From Candidatus Omnitrophota bacterium (GTDB taxonomy: Bacteria; Omnitrophota; Gorgyraeia; Gygaellales; Profunditerraquicolaceae): a stretch of DNA of 64,000 nucleotides. Numbering within the stretch: position 1 is the first letter of the stretch; each line of letters starts with the position of its first letter. This document shows positions 1 to 9,146 of this stretch, piece by piece. A model generated the notes under the pieces. That model had not been told where the DNA came from and made no database searches. It saw only the letters and a program-made list of their open reading frames with translations. The position numbers were made by a program, and so were the translations under genes. The DNA is taken from NCBI GenBank assembly GCA_041650835.1, contig JBAZKL010000004.1, forward strand, positions 166,900-230,899, read 5' to 3'.

Positions 1-346
1 GCCTAAAAGAAACAGCAAAAAAGACGCCGGCGCGTACATATACACATACCTGGATTCGCTTTTCTTCAAGCCGCCTCCAACGAACTTCCAGAGATGATAA
101 ATTACGAACGGGGAAGCAAGGAACAACCCTCCCCAGACGGACAGTTTAAGGTAAGCGATAAACGCTTCTGTCGGGTCTATGAAAACAAGCTTACCCACCG
201 GTTTTGCCAGGACGGTAAGTATAGCATCGCTGAAATGATATACAACGCAGGCTCCCAGGGCAACCGCGGCCAGCGATTTTATCAACCGGCCTCTGAGCTC
301 GTCTAAATGTTCGAAAAAAGTAAAGGTATCCATACCCCGGCGCATA

Positions 347-619
347 TCAGCCTTTCTTTTGCGCCCCGGCATCCGCCGCGGGCGGATTACTCGCTTCCGC
401 GCTCACTGCCGCCTGGGCGATAACCGCGACGGGTTTTACGCTCTCCTGCGCCGCGCTGACTTCAATGCCCTCCCGTATATCACTGGCCGCTTTCTTGAAT
501 TCTCCGATAGATTTCCCTAAAGCGCGCGCCATATCAGGCAGGCTTTTGGCGCCAAACAGCAAAAGAACCACCAAGAATACTACGATCAACTCCGGCATTC
601 CCATCCCGAACATAAGCAC
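347..619 (-). CDS. tatA: Sec-independent translocase TatA/E family protein
   Basis: N-terminal TM helix followed by amphipathic helix ([33 protein letters not shown]), classic TatA signature; true start probably an internal Met. Confidence 0.85.
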   Translation of the reverse strand: MLMFGMGMPELIVVFLVVLLLFGAKSLPDMARALGKSIGEFKKAASDIREGIEVSAAQESVKPVAVIAQAAVSAEASNPPAADAGAQKKG

Positions 620-633
620 CTCCTTTATACAAC

Positions 634-795
634 TTATTTCTTAGCTAATTCCGCCTTTTCCTCTTTACGCGAATTCTTGAACTCTTTTATCGACTCACCG
701 ATCGCCTTGGCTATCTCCGGCAGGCGTTTAGCGCCGAAAAGAAGCATCACAATGGCCAATATGACCAACAACTCACCGATCCCCAGTTTAAACAT
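634..795 (-). CDS. tatA: second small TatA-like protein (about 53 aa, below the ORF-track cutoff)
   Basis: Hand translation of the minus strand gives [53 protein letters not shown], the same TatA pattern as the neighbouring gene; GGAGG-like RBS upstream. Confidence 0.6.
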   Translation of the reverse strand: MFKLGIGELLVILAIVMLLFGAKRLPEIAKAIGESIKEFKNSRKEEKAELAKK

Positions 796-819
796 ACACC
801 CTCCTTATTTTAACCTCTC

Positions 820-1287
820 TTAATGCTCGATAAATGACTCTTCTCTCAATACCTTCACCTCTTCTTTTACTATCCTGATAAGCTCAGGCATCACCGCGGA
901 AACCTCCGGCGATAGTTCCATACCCCAGGCTATCCTGGCAGGCTCCACCCCTATTACCGAAACATTCAGCGGCCCCTCTTTACAGGATAACGCAAGCAGG
1001 CTTGAAAGGTCAAAGCCGTGCATGGAAGCAATATAGTTTTTCTTCGCGCACTCATCCAAAGGCAGGCGGTATATCGACCCGGATCTGCCGCCGGCGATCA
1101 TCGCGTCCACGACGATGAGCCTGTCGGCCGCGGCAATATCCGGCAAGGCATCGAGTATCGCGGTTCCCGCGTCGAGTGCCGTTACGCCTTCCAGCCCGCC
1201 TTCGGCGATGAGGGCGTGGACAAGATGCACGCCCACGCCTTCATCCGCTAAAAGCAGGTTCCCTATTCCCAACACAAGGATACGCAT
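820..1287 (-). CDS. [NiFe] hydrogenase maturation endopeptidase (HyaD/HybD family)
   Basis: MRILVLGIGNLLLADEGVGVH...VVDA motif typical of hydrogenase C-terminal processing proteases; immediately downstream of large subunit; start moved to the Met with MRILVLG. Confidence 0.85.
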   Translation of the reverse strand: MRILVLGIGNLLLADEGVGVHLVHALIAEGGLEGVTALDAGTAILDALPDIAAADRLIVVDAMIAGGRSGSIYRLPLDECAKKNYIASMHGFDLSSLLALSCKEGPLNVSVIGVEPARIAWGMELSPEVSAVMPELIRIVKEEVKVLREESFIEH

Positions 1288-1308
1288 AGACTCAAGCTCC
1301 GGCATTGA

Positions 1309-2727
1309 TCAACCCAGCCTCGTACGCAGCGTCAACGGCTCTTTCCCCGGCCTCATGACATGCACCGCGCAGGATAAACACGGATCGAACGAATGGATCA
1401 CTCTGAGCACCTCGATCGGCTTTGTTTCGTCCCTGACCGGCGTACCGACAAGGGCTTTTTCTATCGGGCCCAATTGCCCTGCGGTGTCCCGAGGAGATGC
1501 GTTCCAACAGGTCGGAGTAATAATCTGATACTGCGATATCTTAGCGCCGGAGATCTTCACCCAATGGCCAAGAGCCCCCCGCGGCGCTTCAGTCAGTCCC
1601 ATTCCCTCTCCGGAAACAGGCATGGCTTTGTTATCATAAACCGGCTGTCCTACCTGTATCTGATTCAGCCAATCGGACATTGCCTGCGCGACCTTCAAAG
1701 TTTCCAGCGCCCTGGCGACGTGGCGGTCCATAACAGAGATACCCTGCTGATAATCGCCATTCACCCACATCCTGGCAAGCGGGCCGGCTTCACAGGGCTT
1801 GCCCTGGTACCGCGGGGCCTTCAGCCACGAATAAGCATTCCCCTTCGGGTTAACCGGCAGCGTCTGCCCGGATGACGGGGCGAGATTATTCGTTGAATCG
1901 TTGTACCAGGAATACGTCACCGATTCAGTGATATCGCTTATCGCGACATCCTGCGACGGGCCTGCCTGGCCGTTATCGGCGTATCCCATTTTCAAAAGCT
2001 TATCATTACCGTCCTGGTCCTGTTCGAATACGCCGTAAGCCAGAAGGTTGCCATAGCCGCGGCCGACCTGAAAATAATCGGAGTAAGCCCCGCCCACCGT
2101 CTGCACATCGGGTATATACGTACTCTGAATAAAATCAGTCAGCCAGGTAAGCTGAGCGCGAAAGTCGGATATTTTCGCGGCAGTCGGAGTATCGGTAAAA
2201 CCGCCTGAAATGATCGCATGCGACGAAGGGCTCCTTCCGCCGATAATAGCGCCCATTTCATGGGCCCGCCTCCTTGCTTCGATAGCAAGCGTGATATGAG
2301 CCAGTATCGCTTCCGATGAAGGCACCCTCATATCCACGTCCCACGCAGGCAGCCACGGCGCGGTTTGAGGGCCATGAAGATAATCGAGCGCTGCCAGGAG
2401 ATAAAAATGCAGAATATGAGACTGGATGTAATTAGCCCCCAGAAGCAGGTTACGCAGGATCCTGCCGTTGGCCGTCGGAGTTCTCGCGCCCGCGTTATCC
2501 AGCGCCATAGAAGCAGCCAAACCGTGGGATATCGGGCATACGCCGCAGATACGCTGGGTGATCGGCACCGCGTCCCATGGATCTCTGCCCGTCAGGATCG
2601 TTTCGATCCCGCGGAACAGGGTCCCGGTACAGCGCGCGTCGACGACGCTGCCTGCGTCTATAGTAACCTCAACGCCCAAATGCCCTTCAATCCTTGTAAC
2701 CGGATCAATGATTTTAATTGTTGCCAT
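1309..2727 (-). CDS. [NiFe] hydrogenase large (catalytic) subunit
   Basis: N-terminal RIEGH and CGVC motifs, C-terminal DPCLSCAVH nickel-binding motif followed by a cleavable extension; 472 aa. Confidence 0.95.
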   Translation of the reverse strand: MATIKIIDPVTRIEGHLGVEVTIDAGSVVDARCTGTLFRGIETILTGRDPWDAVPITQRICGVCPISHGLAASMALDNAGARTPTANGRILRNLLLGANYIQSHILHFYLLAALDYLHGPQTAPWLPAWDVDMRVPSSEAILAHITLAIEARRRAHEMGAIIGGRSPSSHAIISGGFTDTPTAAKISDFRAQLTWLTDFIQSTYIPDVQTVGGAYSDYFQVGRGYGNLLAYGVFEQDQDGNDKLLKMGYADNGQAGPSQDVAISDITESVTYSWYNDSTNNLAPSSGQTLPVNPKGNAYSWLKAPRYQGKPCEAGPLARMWVNGDYQQGISVMDRHVARALETLKVAQAMSDWLNQIQVGQPVYDNKAMPVSGEGMGLTEAPRGALGHWVKISGAKISQYQIITPTCWNASPRDTAGQLGPIEKALVGTPVRDETKPIEVLRVIHSFDPCLSCAVHVMRPGKEPLTLRTRLG

Positions 2728-2742
2728 GGTTTGCTCCTCCTT

Positions 2743-4884
2743 TTAACTATCTCTGGTCACATTTTTTGTAACGCTTATTCCATTTGATTCAGCGCGTATT
2801 GTCCTGAAATAACTCGTATGCTCCTTTTCGAAGCGCCAACTGCCGCGGCTCGATATTCTTACTGAACCGATCAACGAACCGTTATATAATCGCACGGTCG
2901 CGTTCGGCTGCCCTGTGCCTCTTACCAACAACTCCCTATCCTCATGATCGTATTCTGCCCGGGAAATAGTCAGGGTCCCCGCACCCGGCGCCGGTATCCC
3001 GGTAACATTTGCGGTAAGCGTTACCCCGTTACACACCGCTGAAATACTGGTAGGAACCGGAGAAGGGCTGGTTACACCCACGCTCCAATTGCCTGAGCTT
3101 GAGATCGTCGCTGAACCAAGCGTAGTCGCGCCTGAGCGCACACTTACATTCGCGCCCGCAGGGCCGCTGCCTGATACACTCAGCCGGTTCGTAGAAACGG
3201 TGTATGCCGCGCTTGAAACAGCAAATGCTGTCGAAGCCGGTATACCGGTAACATTTGCAGTAAGCGTTACCCCGTTACATACCGCTGAAATACTGGCAGG
3301 AACCGGAGAAGGGCTAGTTACACCCACGCTCCAATTGCCTAAGCTTGAGATCGTCGCTGAACCAAGCGTAGTCGCGCCTGAACGCACACTTACATTCGCG
3401 CCCGCAGGGCCGCTGCCCGATACACTCAGCCGGTTCGTAGAAACGGTGTATGCCGCGCTTGAAACAGCAAATGCTGTCGAAGCCGGTATACCGGTAACAT
3501 TTGCAGTAAGCGTTACCCCGTTACACACCGCTGAAACACCGGTAGGAACCGGCGAAGGGCTGGTTACCGTCAAAGACCAATTGCCTTCGGTTGAGATCGT
3601 TACCGCTCCCAGGAAAGTACTCCCCGCGTTCAGAGTGACGACATTTCCGGTAGGGCCGGTCCCTGACACAACGAGTTGATTACTGCCTGAGTTATATGCC
3701 GCGCCTGAAACAGCAAACTGCGCGGCCGCGGGAGCCCCTGAAACATTCGCGGTCACCTGAACAGCGTTGCTCAAAACTGTTACGCTCTCCGGCACGGAAG
3801 AAAGATCCGCTTTTGAGACCGTGTACGTACCGTCTCTTTTTATCATCGTCGCGGCCAAGAGAACGCCGGAGGCGCTTTTAACCGCTGCTTGAGCGCCGAT
3901 CTTGCCTGTGCCGTTCACCCTCAAAACAAGATTTGCCGCGTCCCAAATAGCGGAACTTACCGCGAGAGCTTTCTGCGTGGGAATACTCGAAGTCGTAGAA
4001 ACCTTGAATAACGGCGCCGCGGGAAACGACCTCTCAGTGCATCCGATACAAAGCGCATTGGCGTTCATGCAGTAATTAATATTGTTATTCCACTTGCGCA
4101 CCGGGCAATCCCCTTGCGTATGAGGCCCTCTGCAGCCCAATTCCTCTAAGCAAAGGCCCGCCACTCCATAGGTATTTGCTTCATCCCGTTCGCGCCGGGG
4201 ACAACGTTCATGGACATTATTATTTTCACCGCCGAAAAGAGCGGACGGCCTGCCGTTACTATCCAGCGCCGGAGTGACACCCGCTAAAAGTTGAGCTACA
4301 ACATAGACGATCCAATCCGGATGGACCGGGCATCCCGCTATATTAATAGTGGGCTTGCCTATTGCCGAACTAAAGCTGGCCACCTGCGTAGGATTAGGAG
4401 CTGCCGCGGCAACGCCGCCAAAGCTGGCGCACGTACCTACCGCTATATTAGCGATGGAATGGCTGGCGAGATCCCTGACAGCGGAAAGTGCCGTTACATC
4501 CGTACCATTTTCGTTCCAGAGCACACAGGCATTACCGTTAAAAGCACCGGGGATACCCCCCTCCACGATAAGAATATAACTACCGGCGGATATATCCCTG
4601 ATCGTTTGCACTGCCTGGTCGCCGGCAGCGCCCATAAGGTTGATATGGTAATCCAGGTTGATCACATTGATCAAAAGGTCAGCGATATCCTTGGGCGCCG
4701 AAGGCGAGATCAAATTAGCCAGCGACACAGAGCACCCGGTGCAGGATGAACCGGTCAACCAGAGGACCTGCGGCCCGGAATTCGCGAGCGCTTCTTTAAG
4801 CCTCGCCAGCCCACTGGCATCAAGCCCTAATACAGCTGCTGAAGCGATACAGTATTTCAAGAAATCCCGTCTACTTATCTTCAT
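2743..4884 (-). CDS. [NiFe] hydrogenase small subunit with Tat signal and long repetitive C-terminal extension
   Basis: Twin-arginine signal SRRDFLK, cysteine motifs of the small subunit in the first ~330 aa, then ~350 aa of S/T/V-rich Ig-like repeats (three near-identical ~80-aa units); 713 aa. Confidence 0.85.
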   Translation of the reverse strand: MKISRRDFLKYCIASAAVLGLDASGLARLKEALANSGPQVLWLTGSSCTGCSVSLANLISPSAPKDIADLLINVINLDYHINLMGAAGDQAVQTIRDISAGSYILIVEGGIPGAFNGNACVLWNENGTDVTALSAVRDLASHSIANIAVGTCASFGGVAAAAPNPTQVASFSSAIGKPTINIAGCPVHPDWIVYVVAQLLAGVTPALDSNGRPSALFGGENNNVHERCPRRERDEANTYGVAGLCLEELGCRGPHTQGDCPVRKWNNNINYCMNANALCIGCTERSFPAAPLFKVSTTSSIPTQKALAVSSAIWDAANLVLRVNGTGKIGAQAAVKSASGVLLAATMIKRDGTYTVSKADLSSVPESVTVLSNAVQVTANVSGAPAAAQFAVSGAAYNSGSNQLVVSGTGPTGNVVTLNAGSTFLGAVTISTEGNWSLTVTSPSPVPTGVSAVCNGVTLTANVTGIPASTAFAVSSAAYTVSTNRLSVSGSGPAGANVSVRSGATTLGSATISSLGNWSVGVTSPSPVPASISAVCNGVTLTANVTGIPASTAFAVSSAAYTVSTNRLSVSGSGPAGANVSVRSGATTLGSATISSSGNWSVGVTSPSPVPTSISAVCNGVTLTANVTGIPAPGAGTLTISRAEYDHEDRELLVRGTGQPNATVRLYNGSLIGSVRISSRGSWRFEKEHTSYFRTIRAESNGISVTKNVTRDS
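2990..3720. repeat. three near-identical ~240-bp tandem direct repeats inside the hydrogenase small-subunit gene
   Basis: ccggtaacatttgc...gaaacagcaaatgctgtcgaagccggtata unit recurs at about 3000, 3246 and 3491; mirrored as a repetitive plus-strand ORF 3089..3679. Confidence 0.9.
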
Positions 4885-4962
4885 ACCATTTTCCTCCTTT
4901 TGTCCAGATAGATACCACCCCGCGCGACGTACCCGAGCGGGACACGTTTACTTAAACGCCTC

Positions 4963-6708
4963 TCACCTTCTCAACGCCACCTCCTTGTTTTGTAATGCAG
5001 CGGCCTCATCCCTTGGCGCCGCGCGCACCTTTGTCACCCGGAAATTACCTATATACAGCACGTCGAGGTTTGACGAGTGAAAACAACGCAGCGCTTCTTG
5101 AGGCGTATTGACGATCGGTTCACCGTTCACGTTGAACGAAGTGTTTAAAAGCACCGGTACCCCGGTTATCTCCTTGAATTTTGAAAGCAATCGCCAATAC
5201 AACGGATTCTGCCCGAAGGAAACCGTTTGCACGCGGCAGGTCCCGTCGACATGCACGACCGCGGGGGCGTTGGTCCTGGCAATATCTTTAGCCTTTGCCA
5301 GAAAGAGCATCGAAGACATATCTATCCCTTCGGGAAATTCAAAATAATCTTTTGCCTCCTCAATGAGTACCGAAGGCGCGAAAGGCCGGAACGGCTCCCT
5401 GAATTTTATTTTTTCGTTTACCCTGCCGGCGACGCCGCTTTGACGGGGATCGGCTAAAATACTGCGGTTACCGAGTGACCGCGGCCCCCATTCCGCCCTT
5501 CCCTGGAACCACCCGGCCACTTTACCGCTGGCAAGGGCGTAGGCGCATTCACTGATCAAAACCGATTCATTAAGCTCCTGAAAATCAAAAATAAAAGGAT
5601 CGATGAGTTGCGCGATATTCCCGCAGGAGAACTCACTTCCGAGATACACCGGCGAAGAAGTATCGCGTTTACGCTTATTCCCTTTAAGGATCCTGTCGGA
5701 ATACCAACAGGCGCCTACCGCGGTCCCCGCGTCATGCGAAGCCGGATGAATATAAATATTTTTGAACAACCCTGCTTCAGCAAGCGCGGTATTACAATCG
5801 CAATTGAGGGCAAGGTCGCCCGAATAACATAACGTATCCAGATCGGTCAGTTTTTTAAGATGGCGCGCCAGGTGGATCAACGCCTGGCGCATCACCTGCT
5901 GGAGGGAAGAAGCGGTATCTTTATGTATTTTGTTGATCCCGCAGCGGGGATCCCGCGGAGCGCCGAAAGCGGCGATAAACTTGTCGGAGACCAGTGGCAC
6001 GCGATTTTCTGATCCGGGAAAGATAAAATATTCCGTATTTATTTCGATAGTGCCGTTATCTTTGAGCTTTACGATATCCCTCATCGTTTCAATGAACGAC
6101 GGCATCCCGTACGCGGCCAGCCCCATCACCCTGTATTCGTCGGATAACGGCCTGAAGCCGAGGTATCCGGTGACCGCGGCGTATACCATGGCAAGCGAAT
6201 CGGGATATCCCAGCGAAAAATAAGTGCGGCATTGTCGGGGAGTAATGTATCCTGCGGTTATTGGTTTACTTTCGCCGTAGTGGTCGACCGTCAAAAAAGC
6301 GGCGCTCTCACCCTCGCACAACGAGAACGCGCTTGCGGCGTGGGCGAGCTGATGCGGCACGCAGTCGATAGTAGCCTTGTTGGCGCTGCCGTCAAACAAC
6401 CGCGCGAACTGCGGCCAGGAGCGGCACTCTTTGCCGGTTGAGTATTCCAAAGAGGCGTCCTCCTGAAGGACTCTCGATAAACTTTTGCCGAAAGCGACAG
6501 TCGTAACTTCATCAAGACGGATACGGGCGTGCGATAAACAGAATTGAGCTGCCCTGAAGGGAAAACCGGAAGTGTTCTTGAGGCGGCTGAAGCGCTCTTC
6601 TTCCGCGGCAGCGACGATCGCGCCATCGATCATCAGCGCGGCAGCGGGGCTGCGCTGGAGCCCTGAAATTCCAAGTATGATCTCTCTTTTCATATGTTTG
6701 CTTATCAT
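4963..6708 (-). CDS. carbamoyltransferase, NodU/CmcH/TobZ family
   Basis: N-terminal ILGISGL...AAALMIDGAIVAAAEEERFSRLK Kae1-like carbamoyltransferase N domain plus C-terminal carbamoyltransferase domain; 581 aa. Confidence 0.8.
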   Translation of the reverse strand: MISKHMKREIILGISGLQRSPAAALMIDGAIVAAAEEERFSRLKNTSGFPFRAAQFCLSHARIRLDEVTTVAFGKSLSRVLQEDASLEYSTGKECRSWPQFARLFDGSANKATIDCVPHQLAHAASAFSLCEGESAAFLTVDHYGESKPITAGYITPRQCRTYFSLGYPDSLAMVYAAVTGYLGFRPLSDEYRVMGLAAYGMPSFIETMRDIVKLKDNGTIEINTEYFIFPGSENRVPLVSDKFIAAFGAPRDPRCGINKIHKDTASSLQQVMRQALIHLARHLKKLTDLDTLCYSGDLALNCDCNTALAEAGLFKNIYIHPASHDAGTAVGACWYSDRILKGNKRKRDTSSPVYLGSEFSCGNIAQLIDPFIFDFQELNESVLISECAYALASGKVAGWFQGRAEWGPRSLGNRSILADPRQSGVAGRVNEKIKFREPFRPFAPSVLIEEAKDYFEFPEGIDMSSMLFLAKAKDIARTNAPAVVHVDGTCRVQTVSFGQNPLYWRLLSKFKEITGVPVLLNTSFNVNGEPIVNTPQEALRCFHSSNLDVLYIGNFRVTKVRAAPRDEAAALQNKEVALRR

Positions 6709-6794
6709 GGTAAAAGCTTAGCAAAACAATGATAAAGAGAAGATTAAGATAAAATTAATTTTTCTTAATTCTTTCGGAGGTGGATTTAAGAGGC

Positions 6795-8276
6795 TTACAG
6801 GACAGGGAGGATCACCGTGAAAGTGGAGCCCTTGCCGACCGCGCTTCTTACTTCAATGCACCCCTGGTGCATTGAAGCGATGGATTGCGCGATACTCAGG
6901 CCAAGGCCGCTTCCGGGCTCATCATTGCGGTCCGCTGACTGCGCGCGGAAGAATTTATTGAATATTTTCGCGCGGTCTTCGTCGGTGATGCCGATGCCGG
7001 TATCGGTAATGGCGACAAATACCCGCTTATGCGCGCGCCTTACGGAAAAATTGATCGCGCCTCCCTGGAGAGTGAACTTAATGGCGTTATGAATGAGATT
7101 AAAGAACAACCTGCGTAAATATAACTGGTTCACCATAGTAATAAGCGGCTCTTTCGGCCCGGTGAAAGTGACGGTAATGTTTTTTTGCGAAGCCAGGATC
7201 ACGGTCTTTTCATAGATATCGTTCAGGAAGGGCGCAAGGTCCATGCGCTCAAAGGTAAAGGCTTCCTTACGGTACTTGATCTCGGTAAGCATAAGCATAT
7301 TATCTATGGTTTTCAACATCCTTTCGACCTCGTCAAGATTTGACTGCATGACCCGTCGGCAATCTTCGAGATTCTGCCCGCTCTGCAACGCGACCTCCGT
7401 TTCCCCCTTGATGATAGTAAGCGGCGTGCGCAGGTCATGCGCGACAGAGGAGCTGAACTCTGAAACATACTTGAATGATTCCTCCAGGCGCGCGATCATA
7501 TCGTTAAAAGATTCGGCAAGATATTTCATTTCTTCATCGAGATGCTCCACCTTGACCCTATGGCTTAAGTTTTCATACGAGATGGTTTTCGCGGTACGCG
7601 CGACCTGCTGCACCGGGCCCAGGATACGCCAGACTAATAAATAACTGATAATGATGGCGATCACCAGGATCGCCAGGATGCTTAATGCCGTTGAAACGAT
7701 CCGCTTACGCAGGACCTGAACCACCGGGATCGCGAAAGTCCCTACCTCTATAATATAGCGGCCGAAATTATTAAACGCTACCGGCATCACGACCAACCGT
7801 AAAGTCACCCCTCCCTGGTAATTGACATTGCCGAAGGTCACCTTTTCCTGCTTTATGTTCACGTATTTCTCAAATAAGAGGCGCAGATCCCGGTCGATAT
7901 TCGAAGAACTGACTATCGTTTTCCCGTCAAAGCTCAAGAAATTAATGTAATCATCGTCGAGCTCCAATGAGGCCTTATCCTTAAGCCATTGCGCCTGGGC
8001 ATCCGCGGCCTTCTCCTGCCCCGGGTATTCGCCTTCCCCTCGGATAACGCTCCTGGCCGCGAAATTCAGGGCCTTTTTATCATCGCCCAGGGCAGCAAGA
8101 TGCGAGCGTATCGCGTCCCGGACATGGGTAGCTTTAATGATCAGCTGTTCATCTGAATCTTTATTCAAGGCGCGATAGAAATTGAAATAAAGGAGCCCCC
8201 GGTAGGCGACTAAGATCAATCCTAATATCCCCACGTACAACACGCAAATCTTGAATTTAACGGAATTGATCATCAT
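6795..8276 (-). CDS. sensor histidine kinase (two TM, HAMP, HisKA, HATPase_c)
   Basis: H-box SVAHDLRTPLT, N/G1/G2 boxes (IHNAIKFT, DTGIGI, GSGLGLSIA); 4-bp overlap with upstream response regulator. Confidence 0.9.
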   Translation of the reverse strand: MMINSVKFKICVLYVGILGLILVAYRGLLYFNFYRALNKDSDEQLIIKATHVRDAIRSHLAALGDDKKALNFAARSVIRGEGEYPGQEKAADAQAQWLKDKASLELDDDYINFLSFDGKTIVSSSNIDRDLRLLFEKYVNIKQEKVTFGNVNYQGGVTLRLVVMPVAFNNFGRYIIEVGTFAIPVVQVLRKRIVSTALSILAILVIAIIISYLLVWRILGPVQQVARTAKTISYENLSHRVKVEHLDEEMKYLAESFNDMIARLEESFKYVSEFSSSVAHDLRTPLTIIKGETEVALQSGQNLEDCRRVMQSNLDEVERMLKTIDNMLMLTEIKYRKEAFTFERMDLAPFLNDIYEKTVILASQKNITVTFTGPKEPLITMVNQLYLRRLFFNLIHNAIKFTLQGGAINFSVRRAHKRVFVAITDTGIGITDEDRAKIFNKFFRAQSADRNDEPGSGLGLSIAQSIASMHQGCIEVRSAVGKGSTFTVILPVL

Positions 8277-8950
8277 TTGATTTCGCTCTTGAGCATATAG
8301 CCTACGCCGCGCAAGGTATGAATGAGCTGCTTTTTAGCGTCCTTGTCGACCTTGTTGCGCAGGTTATTAATAAAAACATCGATAATATTCGAAAAACTGT
8401 CGAAATTCTCGTTCCAGACATGCTCGGAGATCATGGTCCGGGTGACGACCTGGTTCACGTTGAGCATGAGGTATTCAAGAAGCGCGTACTCTTTCGGGGT
8501 CAAGGTTATTTCTTTGCTGCCTCTGGCGACCTTATGCGAAAGCTGGTCCAGTTCAAGGTCGGCTACTATAAGGGAAAGATTTTTATCGGCCCTCTTCCGG
8601 CGCAATAATGCCGCGACCCGGGCAAGGAACTCTTCGAACGAAAAAGGCTTTACCAGGTAATCATCGGCGCCTGCCCCCAGGCCAAACACCTTATCCGTGA
8701 CCGTCCCTTTGGCGGTAAGCATAAGGATAGGGGTGTCGATCGCGTTTTCCCTTAATTCTTTGCATATGGTTATGCCGTCTTTTTTAGGCAGCATGATATC
8801 CATGATGATCAAGTCATAGGGATTGATCTGCGCGAGCTCCTCCGCCTTTTCTCCGTCAGAGGCGACATCGACGGCATAGCGGTGCGCCTTAAGGCCCCGC
8901 TCGATAAAACTAGCGATCTTTTTTTCATCTTCAACCAGTAAAATTCTCAT
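8273..8950 (-). CDS. OmpR-family response regulator (REC + winged helix)
   Basis: MRILLVEDE...DLIIMDIMLPKKDG receiver motifs; C-terminal trans_reg_C-like LTPKEYALLEYL...RGVGY. Confidence 0.9.
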   Translation of the reverse strand: MRILLVEDEKKIASFIERGLKAHRYAVDVASDGEKAEELAQINPYDLIIMDIMLPKKDGITICKELRENAIDTPILMLTAKGTVTDKVFGLGAGADDYLVKPFSFEEFLARVAALLRRKRADKNLSLIVADLELDQLSHKVARGSKEITLTPKEYALLEYLMLNVNQVVTRTMISEHVWNENFDSFSNIIDVFINNLRNKVDKDAKKQLIHTLRGVGYMLKSEIK

Positions 8951-9033
8951 ACGATCATTTTAACCGTATTTTATAAACAGGCGTTGACTGAAACACACTT
9001 TTTTCCAACCTTTCTCCACTTAAAGCGCGGAAA

Positions 9034-9073
9034 ACCAAAAAAAGGCGGCTGTCACGCGATTTGTGACGCCACC
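9034..9073 (-). terminator. rho-independent terminator of the beta-lactamase gene
   Basis: minus-strand hairpin ggcgtcacaaatcgcgtgacagccgcc followed by a T7 run, 75 bp downstream of the stop. Confidence 0.7.
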
Positions 9074-9146
9074 TTTCTCATTATTTCTATCTTTTCAATT
9101 TCTTTTATTATTTTCCTGCCGGTGAGGCAGGGCCTTTAACCTTAAC

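Noticed and set aside
94-306. 70-aa plus-strand ORF at the window edge
   Set aside because: No RBS or motif, opposite to the otherwise uniform minus-strand coding; probably non-coding sequence downstream of the tatA genes.
3089-3679. 196-aa plus-strand ORF with internal repeats
   Set aside because: It is the antisense mirror of the three tandem repeats inside the minus-strand hydrogenase small-subunit gene, and its repetitiveness comes from that.
4963-6708. Annotating the carbamoyltransferase as HypF
   Set aside because: No acylphosphatase domain or twin zinc-finger motifs of HypF; architecture matches NodU/CmcH/TobZ O-carbamoyltransferases.
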